Shown here: in pieces, positions 18,989 through 27,010 of the stretch
How the letters are laid out: each line of letters begins with the position of its first letter
How positions within the stretch are numbered: position 1 is the stretch's first letter
Assembly (NCBI GenBank): GCA_016699935.1
Contig: CP064992.1
Location: 150,001 to 182,000 of the forward strand
Direction of reading: 5' to 3'
DNA from: Candidatus Saccharimonadota bacterium
GTDB lineage: Bacteria > Patescibacteriota > Saccharimonadia > Saccharimonadales > UBA4665
DNA: 32,000 bases
Notes under the pieces: generated by a model
Told to the model about the DNA's origin: nothing
Seen by the model: only the letters and a program-made list of their open reading frames with translations
The model's database searches: none
Translations under genes and position numbers: made by a program

Positions 18989-20024
18989 GGAGAATCCTAT
19001 CGAGCTTTTCTTTCATGCTATCGCCATTTGTACCCGTATATTGTACCGTATCGAGGCCAACGCGCAGTAATCCCATGGCAGTTACGAACGTGTGGTCTTT
19101 TACCTTACCACTTTGGTCGACAATGCCGACAACTTGGTCGGGATGGATGTGTTCAATGATGGGCTTACGAGTGAAGGGAAGCTTGGTATACCAGTCACTG
19201 TCATGTAAGCGGTCGACCAGCATTTGTAGGCTTGAACCGCCGCCACAGAGGTAGAGGCGGTGTGGCAGATGGTCGAGCTTGGTAAATTCACTCAGGGCAA
19301 GTTCGACACCGCTTACCCAGACATCGAGAACTTTCGAGAGAGCACCCTCTACTGCCGCTATTTTTTGTGGTGGAACACTATTGACTGCGAGGCCAAGCTT
19401 GAGCTGCTCGGCATCATCAAACTCTACACCAAGATCACGCTCGACCGCTCGGGTGAACGCGCGCCCGCCTATACCAAACATTTTTGTGCCCTGTACACCA
19501 CCGTCGTTCACCACAGCAATATCAGTTGTACCGCCACCCACGTCCATCAGTATGGCATTCATACTGGCTGACTGATCGTCTCCTATGACCGAGCGCGCCA
19601 CCGCAAATGGCTCTGCCGCAACGGCAATAAGGTCTAGATCGAGCTGTTCAGCTGTGCGTTCAAGCGCGCCAATGTGGACAAGTGGGGCGAACGCAGTGTA
19701 AAGTTGCACAAGTACATCTTTACCCTGAAACCCAACCGGGTTTGTCACTGAGTAGCCATCTATCTCCATGCCAACGAGAGCACTGTTCACGAGCCTAACA
19801 CTGACATCTTTGCCACCCAATTCCCAAGCAAGTTGTTGCTTAGCTTTCGCTTCAGCACGCTGCTGAACGAGCTTGATAATCCGCTCAATTTCAGGCATAT
19901 CCATGGCTTTTTCTGGCGTTTTGCGCACCACCCTCACGGTAGTGGTTGTACCCTTGACAAGTTCACCCGCTATGCCAATGACGGCGCTCCTCACACTTAC
20001 ACCAGCTTGCTGCTCCAGCTTCAC
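18981..20024 (-). CDS. FtsA-like actin/HSP70-fold ATPase, main fragment
   Basis: DVGGGTTDIAVV (phosphate-2), GIGGRAFT and LYLCGGGSSL (adenosine motif). Not followed by ftsZ, so assigning it as the division FtsA (versus PilM-like or other) is uncertain. Confidence 0.7.
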   Translation of the reverse strand: MKLEQQAGVSVRSAVIGIAGELVKGTTTTVRVVRKTPEKAMDMPEIERIIKLVQQRAEAKAKQQLAWELGGKDVSVRLVNSALVGMEIDGYSVTNPVGFQGKDVLVQLYTAFAPLVHIGALERTAEQLDLDLIAVAAEPFAVARSVIGDDQSASMNAILMDVGGGTTDIAVVNDGGVQGTKMFGIGGRAFTRAVERDLGVEFDDAEQLKLGLAVNSVPPQKIAAVEGALSKVLDVWVSGVELALSEFTKLDHLPHRLYLCGGGSSLQMLVDRLHDSDWYTKLPFTRKPIIEHIHPDQVVGIVDQSGKVKDHTFVTAMGLLRVGLDTVQYTGTNGDSMKEKLDRILHV

Positions 20025-20260
20025 TGAGTGCGGTATCGCAGTTTTCTACCACTCCACCGATGTCTGAGATGGCACCAGCCTGCATATCGCTGAGTTTTTG
20101 GTGCGCCCGGCCCGTACCGATAATATCGATACCTTCCTCTGTAACGCGGGCAATCAGCGCTTTTACATACTCGGTCCCGATATCGAGCGCGACGAGGTGC
20201 TTTTCAGGCAGGACCAGTTTCTTTCCCACGCCGAACCCGAGTCTTGGCCTTTGTAGCCAT
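19963..20260 (-). CDS. FtsA-like ATPase N-terminal fragment (phosphate-1 motif)
   Basis: ..KHLVALDIGTEYVKALIARV.. Joins 18981-20024 after removing one G near 20014 (..ALSEAEQQAGVSVRSAVIGIAGE..). The start is either the GTG at 20229, or the ATG at 20260 with another shift at CCC 20225-20227. Confidence 0.6.
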
Positions 20261-20350
20261 AGCAGCAGCACTATCTTTAAGAACCTTGACCTTATCAAGC
20301 ATATACGGTTTATTGTACCACGAAATATGCCCGTGCTGACACCATAGCTG

Positions 20351-20490
20351 ACCCACACTCACTTTTTGAGCTGTCATCTTGAGCGCAGTCGAAAGATCTC
20401 CATGATATTGTCACCGACGAGATCCTCCACGAAGCCTGCCCCGCACTTGATGCGGGGTCGGGATGACAACGAGAAAAAGTGGATGTGGGT
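20351..20490 (-). mobile_element. MITE-like repeat, copy 2 (140 bp), inverted relative to copy 1
   Basis: The reverse complement aligns end to end with 6149-6291 with a few substitutions and 1-3 nt indels. Same TIRs and internal hairpin. Lies between the alaS stop and the FtsA-like start. Confidence 0.8.
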
Positions 20491-20621
20491 CGAACGCAAA
20501 ACGGCTTTGATGCGGCGGACAAGGCTTGTTCTTTCCACATGGGACACATGCCGAGCAGGTCTCTCATTGCGCGGGGCGACAGATTGTATCCGCCAGCTCC
20601 GGCTACTATTCCTAGGCCAAC

Positions 20622-22153
20622 TTACACCATGGCGGCTTTTATACGGCGAATGCCGGCGCTGCTGGCTTCTTCTTTTAGAATTTTGTAGCGTTTGCCATTT
20701 GGTTTGCCGTCATCATCTTGAGCAAGCTGTCCCGTATGGTCGACGTGGGGCCGCCACAAATTTCTAGGCTAACAATATGGTCGTTTGTACCCATTTGGTA
20801 CACCTTCACCGTTTCACCATATCGTTCACCAAACGGGCCGATAGCGCCCATGTCAAGTGCTTCTTGAGTCGGAAATTCGGTGAATTTCACCGGGTGATCC
20901 TCGACAATCCACTGATTTACCAGCTCTTCGGCTCGCGCGATTTCCTCTGGCGTCATTTTGCGGTCAAGGTTAAAGTCAAACCTCAGTCGTTCTTCGGTAA
21001 TGTTACTGCCATGCTGACGTAGTTCTTGGCCGAATATCTCACGCAAAGCTGATTGCAACAGATGTGTACCGGTATGGTAGCGTTTGTGCTGCATGGTGTG
21101 GCCTCCGAGACCACCTTTGAAAACACCTTTCGCCGCTGTCTGTGACTTAGCTCGTTGTTCTGCCATGGATTTATCGAAATCTATACGCCAATCGCCAAGA
21201 TCGATGTCTCTCTTAAATGCTTCTTCAACACTCAACTCTATGGGAAACCCATAAGTGTCATACAACTTAAAGATAATTATTCCCGGTGAATACAAGGGCT
21301 CAAAATCCTCATTCTTCAAATCAACTGACCCACTGCCAAACGGGTCATCGTGATGTGTTATCAATAGTTTATTAAATTCCACAAGACCCTTGCGTAGGGT
21401 TTGGCGGAAGGTTTTTTCTTCCTTGACCAATATTGCTACTACATTATCGCGGTTTTCCTTTACTTCTGGGAAGTCTGCTTCGTAGATGTCGGCTATGACA
21501 GGCACGATAGCTTCGAGGAAGTTTTGCTCGATACCAAGGTCAAAGGCAAAGCGGATGGCGCGGCGCAGTAGACGACGCATGACATAGCCCTGCTCTTTAT
21601 TGCTCGGTACGACGCCGTCGACCGCGAGAAACGACGCTGCCCGCAAATGGTCGGCGATCACGCGCATGCTTTCGGTGTGACTATCGTAGTTTTTGCCGCT
21701 AATACTTTCAAGTTTTTCTATAATCGGCCAGATAATACTACTCTTAAACATGTCAGATGAGTTCAACTGAGCGGCAGCTATTCGTTCTAAACCGCCACCA
21801 AAGTCTACATTTTGCTTTGGCAGCTTTTCGAATCCATTTTCAGTGCGCACATACTCCATAAAGACCGAGTTGCCAACCTCCAAGAACCGACCACAGTCGC
21901 AGTTGGGATGGCAGTTTTCACCCCATTTTGGATCGTGTTGTATAAAGTCAAATTCGTAGAAAACTTCGCTGTCGGGACCACCCGGTTCACCAGCTGGCAT
22001 ATCGCCAATTTTACCAGCACGGCACCACCAGTTTTTACTCGCATCGTAGTAGAAAATTCGGCCACCCTGCATGCCTTTGGCGTAGCCATCTGCTTCAGAA
22101 CCGATATCGACAGCTTTCGCCTCAATCCCCTTATCTTTGAACAGTTTTGCCAA
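20622..22153 (-). CDS. alaS: Alanine--tRNA ligase, central and editing-domain fragment (frameshifted gene)
   Basis: ..GGGLERI.., editing HxxxH (HTGTHLL), and CGGPHV recovered when G4 at 20747-20750 is read as 5. The frame then runs to a TAA at 20622 (..SSAGIRRIKAAMV*). Confidence 0.9.
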
Positions 22154-22249
22154 ATCTCAGCTGATTCAGTGTCTTTTGGTATGCCATTTCCATCATCACC
22201 GATGAACGCCGTCACATACAGTTTCTGGGGTCAAGACCAACTACATCAG

Positions 22250-22573
22250 TCAAAAACTCCCAGAACCAAGGTAGCTGCTCAGCTTTGAAATAGTCGCCGA
22301 GGCTCCAATTCCCGAGCATCTCAAAAACGTGGTATGGCGATTATCGCCGACTTCTTCGATATCTTGGGCACGTAGGCAGGTTTGACTGTCGACCAGCCGT
22401 ACGCCATCAGGATGAGCTTCACCGAGTAAAAACGGTAGGAGCGGCTGCATACCGCTGCCTGTAAAAAGTGTCGTCGGGTCGTTATCTGGCACCAATCGCG
22501 CCCGTGGAATCACCACGTGGCCACGGTCAGCGAAAAATTTCAGGTAAGTTATGCGTATTTCTTGTGCGTTCAT
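22250..22573 (-). CDS. alaS: Alanine--tRNA ligase N-terminal fragment
   Basis: [48 protein letters not shown].. The ATG at 22573 is the likely start because the upstream 14 codons are repeat-derived. The region 22154-22330 continues in two other frames (..[27 protein letters not shown].. / ..TAFIGDDGNGIPKDTESAEIWQ..). Confidence 0.9.
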   Translation of the reverse strand: MNAQEIRITYLKFFADRGHVVIPRARLVPDNDPTTLFTGSGMQPLLPFLLGEAHPDGVRLVDSQTCLRAQDIEEVGDNRHTTFLRCSGIGASATISKLSSYLGSGSF

Positions 22574-22584
22574 GTTCAACAGTA

Positions 22585-22752
22585 TACTCGACTTACGCGG
22601 GAATCGCACTTTCATCAGCCGTGTCTAGGAGTGATTGTAGAAGCTCCTTTGTCTTTAAGGAAGTAGAGCCAGCTCCACTGACGACTTAAAAGAGCATGCG
22701 GGCTCTCCGGAGATAGGCTAGGTAGTGGGAATTCCGTGTACGTCGAGCTTAC
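22585..22752. repeat. Rod-like palindromic element, copy A (168 nt), between the beta-propeller gene 3' end and the alaS start
   Basis: Homologous along its whole length to 27011-27180. The 5' ~23 nt pair with the 3' ~23 nt (CTCGACTTACGCGGGAATCGCAC / GTGGGAATTCCGTGTACGTCGAG). Confidence 0.75.
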
Positions 22753-25129
22753 AACTCTTGTGAGCATGCATTCTTCGTCTAACGCTGTAGGCTATAGGTT
22801 GGCCGGTGAGAAAACAATCGTATGAAAGGCACAACAGTACGAGCGTGAGCACAGCAGCCACACCCATGCCAAGCCTCTGACCAAGCCCCGTCAAATTAAC
22901 CCCTGAACCCACTGGTGCGGCTGTAGTTCCCTGTTCTGGACGTTCACCTAACACGCGGTATACAGCGCCATCACGGCTAAAGTAGTAATCACCCATGGAA
23001 CTGAGTGCAACTGTAGAGCCGGTCGCCACCTGCACCATAGAAAAATCTTTCTCACTGACCTCATAAATTTTTCCCGCAACAGACGCCATGACACGCCCCT
23101 GGGCAGCCACGACATTGCCACGGAGTCCTTTTTGTAAAACGGTTTGGCGTGCAAAACAGTCATAGTCTCAGGGTCAAGCTCAAACAATGTTGCGTCTGCC
23201 ACGCCATAAAGGTGTCCGTTTGAGCCAACCGCCAGACCTGTAATGGCTGTCGCCCTTGGAACCGGCACCACCCGTTTTACCACCGTATTGGCCGAACGAC
23301 TGTATGCTATAAGCACAGCATCCGAACCAGCACCCCCAACGTATACCATGTCGCCTTTAGCGGCTACACTTGCCGCGGACGTCGACAAGATAGGCTGGAG
23401 CGGGCTATTCACCACACGCTTTGCGATGTCATAGAAACCGAGCGAGCTGCTTGTTCCAGCTGTATCATTTACTACGAATGCTGCGAAACCATCCCGCGTA
23501 ACAGTCATGGTCGCAACAGCACCCGTGCCAACGCTCACGGGTCGTTCAAAACGCGGTGTCTTTGTGACTGTTTGCGGCTGATACTGCGCAATCGTACCGC
23601 GCTCGGTTCCCGCTAAGACGGCATCGTTTGTTGCTACCAAACTTGTGACTATGTCGGCCGGGGTTGCACGACTTTAGTCAGTCCTTTTTGCCTCCGCAAC
23701 CTGCAACACGGGTGACCCGGCGGTTGTGGCCGCCCCATACATGGTGTCATCAGCTCAAGCACAAGATGGCGAACCGGCTGGTAACCCCCGCAAACGGTGA
23801 CGCCAATTTCAGTGAACGTGAGGGCGTATATACGACACCAAGCTTACCGCTTTTGCCGTACACAACACAATGCGTTTCGTCGTACCAACAATTTCCCCAC
23901 GGGCCGGTTGTAGATCGCTGCCCGTCGCTACTCGTTTCACTGACTTATCGAACGAATTGTACTCTGTCAAAGCACCATAGTATGCCTTTGGTGGTATAAC
24001 GACTTCAGGTTTAGGGACAGTCTGCTCCTGCGCGACAGTCGGTTGAGTCGAAGGCGTCGTTGCGTTGTTTGCCTGTTGGCTTGGCGTAGGCTGATGCTGA
24101 GCAGTGGGCGATTGACCTGTCCCATTTGACGGTTGCTGAGTTTGCGTTTGTGATGTTTGCGCAGGTTGACCACCAGTTGTTGTGGCAGAATCAGTCGTTG
24201 TTGTTTGTTGCGTTTGCGTTTGGGTTGATGTGCCGGCACCACTTTGAGCTACCTGTTCAACCTGCTTTGGCTGAGCCCGCTGTATGTATTCTCCCGAAAT
24301 AGCACCGGTCACAGGCTGCTGATCTACAACGCTGCCACTCGGTAGGTGGTACACCAATGTTATCGGTTTACCACTTGCGGCCGTAACGTATGCATAATCT
24401 CCGACTAAACCCTCTATGCTCAAAGAGGTTGTGCCGATCGGTGCAGTTTGGAGCGGCACGGTAGCTGTTGCCCCCTGTTTGGATAGTAATGCTCGATATG
24501 GCACGGCCCGCACCACCTACATAAGCCCTGCCATCCTTATATGCAAGCCCATGGTCAGCACTCCCTATTACAGCCACTTCACGCCAAGACGAGTTTATTG
24601 TCTGGTACGCGAGAGTTTTGGGCCGATGGCAGTTGCCACCGTTGCATACACACTATCGCCATCACCAAGCACAGCCTGGCGAAAACTTAATCCGCTCAAA
24701 GACGGCACATTTAGTTCCGTCACGGTCAATTTTCGGGGTCGATATCGTACGCACGCCCAGTAGTAGTTCCCACCAGTACGTGCCTGTTCGGCAGGCGTCA
24801 CATACGCCCGACCGCTTGCCTGCTGGCCATCAGTGCGCTGCTCTGCGAGCAATACCCTGCATGGTCGAAAGATTAACCACTTGTACGCTGGTGTTTATGC
24901 CTTGCACAATGGTCACAGCCAGAGGTGTACCGCTACTGTTCTTTGTAATTGCTACGCCATCTACCGCAGTCAATATGAATGGCTTGGCCGCAACCAGCTG
25001 TTCTTTATTCGTTTGTGCGGCTGCATATGGGCTTACAATACAAAATGCCACCCATAGCAACGCCGTTGCTCCAGCGAGTAAACGTGTACGGCCATAGACA
25101 AAACCAATAACAGGAAGTGTGAGAGACAT
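22718..25129 (-). CDS. Large secreted, C-terminally membrane-anchored repeat protein (beta-propeller-like) with a Thr/Gln-rich linker. Broken into at least 6 ORF fragments.
   Basis: Fragments 24830-25129 (signal peptide), 24595-24852, 24368-24577, 23809-24516, 22948-23640 and 22718-23110 (TM VAAVLTLVLLCL) follow each other with short overlaps. Recurrent motifs are G(D/R)xVYVGGAG, VVYGKSGKLGVVY and DSVYATVA. The linker is QTQTQQTTTTDSATTTGGQPAQTSQTQTQQ. Confidence 0.6.
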
Positions 25130-25252
25130 ATTTTTCGTTTTTGTACTGTTTATTTATGGTAGTACATGCTTATGGTAACAAACCAAAATATCACCGTCAA
25201 GTGGCGCAAGCGACTTCTCTCGTATGTTGCAATTTTTACTGCGTATTACGCG

Positions 25253-25618
25253 TTACACGACAATGCCGCCGCCAAGGACGCGGGTGCCGTCATACAGAAC
25301 GGCAGATTGGCCCGGGGTAATAGCGCGAACTGAGCTGTCAGGTGAAGTTCACCTCTGTTTTTGCTCATCCCAGGTGAATTTAGCCGGAATGAGGTCGGCG
25401 CGGTACCGGGTTCGAACATGGTAAGTTTTGCCTGCTTCGGGCGGCTGATTTATCCAGTGAAGTTCGGTAAGCTGTAAAGCATCGCGCCAGAGGCTTTGGT
25501 CCTGGATGTCAGTCGTTACGTACACTTCATTTTTCACCATGTTTTCCAGTGACGTAGTAGGGTAAACCGCCGCCGACGCCGAGGCCTTGCCGCTGACCAA
25601 TTGTATAGAAAATTGCAC
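25253..25618 (-). CDS. mnmA: tRNA 2-thiouridine(34) synthase MnmA, C-terminal fragments
   Basis: ..YHVRTRYRADLIPAKF.. and the tail ..SSVRAITPGQSAVLYDGTRVLGGGIVV* (stop at 25253-25255). An in-frame TGA at 25349-25351 is best explained by two compensating one-base errors. Confidence 0.85.
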
Positions 25619-26402
25619 CGTCGTGTTCGCCGATTCTCACACCATTTTGATCGATAATATCCCCATGTTCTTGCTCGCCTAGTTCATGCAGCAAGAAATC
25701 TTTTATGCCGACCTTGCCGACAAAACATATTCCCTGGCTGTCTTTTTTGTGTGCAGTTGCCAGCCCTCGCTTTTCGGCCTCAGCACGCACTACAGCCTTG
25801 GTGGTAAACTCGCCAATTGGCATGAGGCTACGTTTGAGTGCATCTTCGGTGACGCGGTACAAAAAGTACGTTTGGTCTTTTTCGGCGTTGGCAGCCATGT
25901 GGAGCGAGGCACTTGTTGGTAGATGGTAGGTGGTAGATGGTAGGTGGGGATTTATTCGTTCTGCTGTTTGGTCCCGCTTCTCTTGGCTCTTGACTCTTGA
26001 CTCTGCTATGCCAAATTTGTGAATAATTTTAGCGTAGTGTCCGGTCGCAATCATGTCGGCGCCGTCGGCGAGCGCGGCCTCAAGGAACAATTTGAACTTT
26101 ACTTCTTGGTTACACATGATGTCTGGGTTTGGTGTGATACCGCGTCGGTAGCCCTCAAGCATATAATCAACTACCCGCTGGCGGTATTCAATCTCGAAAT
26201 CATAAAGTTTGAATGGAATTCCTAGCTGCACGGCCACACGTTTCGCATCTTGGTAGTCATCTTTCCATGGGCATTTCATGCCTGGCAAGTCTTGACTCCA
26301 GTTTTTCATGTAGACACCAGTGACATCATAGCCCTGTTCTATTAACAGCGCCGCCGTCAGCGAACTATCCACGCCACCGCTCATCCCTACATACACTTTC
26401 AT
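25527..26402 (-). CDS. mnmA: MnmA N-terminal and central fragment
   Basis: PP-loop VGMSGGVDSS, NPDIMCN, ATGHYA, KDQTYFLY and GICFVG. Joins 25349-25618 if T4 at 25542-25545 is read as 5. Confidence 0.9.
   Translation of the reverse strand: MKVYVGMSGGVDSSLTAALLIEQGYDVTGVYMKNWSQDLPGMKCPWKDDYQDAKRVAVQLGIPFKLYDFEIEYRQRVVDYMLEGYRRGITPNPDIMCNQEVKFKLFLEAALADGADMIATGHYAKIIHKFGIAESRVKSQEKRDQTAERINPHLPSTTYHLPTSASLHMAANAEKDQTYFLYRVTEDALKRSLMPIGEFTTKAVVRAEAEKRGLATAHKKDSQGICFVGKVGIKDFLLHELGEQEHGDIIDQNGVRIGEHDGAIFYTIGQRQGLGVGGGLPYYVTGKHGEK
25918..26007. repeat. Two heptanucleotide tandem-repeat blocks (GGTAGAT/GGTAGGT x4 and CTCTTGG/CTCTTGA x4) flanking a 34-nt core, in frame inside mnmA
   Basis: Read directly. 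Translates to ..ESRVKSQEKRDQTAERINPHLPSTTYHLPTS.., which sits between the conserved HYA and KDQTYFLY motifs. Confidence 0.7.
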
Positions 26403-26493
26403 GGTAATAAGTATCGGGTATCAATTGGTATGTGGCAAGTACGACCAAGTGTTTTGGGGCGCACAGTGAGCTGAAGGTATTGGTTCAGGGTTG

Positions 26494-26531
26494 TAAGGCA
26501 TAGGGCATAGGGCTTAGGGCTTAGAGCATAG
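26494..26531. repeat. Heptanucleotide tandem repeat (TAAGGCA TAGGGCA TAGGGCT TAGGGCT TAGAGCA TAG)
   Basis: Read directly. Non-coding context upstream of mnmA. Confidence 0.7.
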
Positions 26532-26915
26532 TTGCGGCCGCAGGACGCTAGTAACAATCGCGAAGCGATTCAGCTACAGCAGAGGCTGCTCTGCAGTGAG
26601 TACCTTCTTCGACGCTGTAAAAGGTCGTCTCTTGGGGTACCGGGGATGCATAACGACTGATTTTAAAATTTCTTTTGGACTGCTTGCGTGACGAGAATGT
26701 TTGACCCCGCCAAAGGCGGGGGAGTTCTGCACAAGCCCAACAGTGCTGTATTCATAACAAGTAAGCCGGTCGTTTGCACTCTCCCCGGCAGTTTTGTCCA
26801 ACTTTGGCTGCCCAAAGTTGGTCGGCCTGGAAGTCCGAGAACTGCCAATGTTAGTGAGAGTTTTAGTGAGATCACGAAGTACAGTGGATACGCGAAGGGT
26901 TGTGCGGGCGAATGG

Positions 26916-26935
26916 ATTCCCGCTTACGCGGGAAT
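26916..26935. repeat. Perfect 8-bp hairpin ATTCCCGC-TTAC-GCGGGAAT sharing the CTTACGCGGGAAT module with the rod-like elements
   Basis: The same 13-mer starts both rod-like copies (22592 and 27018). The adjacent module at 26967-26995 (GTCATTCTGAACGAAGTGAAGAATCC on the minus strand) resembles the GTCATCTTGAGCGCAGTCGAAAGATCTCC module of the MITE. Confidence 0.6.
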
Positions 26936-27010
26936 GACTGAAAGGGCGGAAGCGATAATCACAGTGAGGATTCTTCACTTCGTTCAGAATGACAGCTTGT
27001 GCGGAACGTT

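Noticed and set aside
22574-22752. T-box riboswitch leader for alaS (a structured element directly upstream of an aminoacyl-tRNA synthetase gene)
   Set aside because: No match to the T-box consensus (..GGGUGGNACCGCG) on the minus strand. The K-turn-like CUGAUGA is at the wrong (3') end. A homologous copy sits downstream of an unrelated gene.
25349-25351. In-frame TGA inside mnmA as evidence for UGA recoding (genetic code 4 or 25)
   Set aside because: TGA clearly terminates other genes here (both ABC genes end in TGA). The segment between the T5 run at 25358-25362 and ~25350 reads EVNF in another frame, matching the conserved EVIF of MnmA. Two compensating one-base errors therefore explain it.
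90-26402. Reading the broken housekeeping genes as genuine pseudogenes of a decaying genome
   Set aside because: The breaks are almost exclusively one-base changes at homopolymers. The sequence between breaks is fully conserved. Essential single-copy genes (alaS, obg, mnmA) are affected. There are compensating pairs. Technical error is the simpler explanation, but this remains unproven without reads.
26494-26531. Heptamer arrays as a CRISPR array or telomere-like repeat (TTAGGGC units)
   Set aside because: The units are 7 nt with no spacers, the arrays are under 40 nt, and there are no cas genes. The resemblance to TTAGGG is superficial in a bacterial chromosome context.
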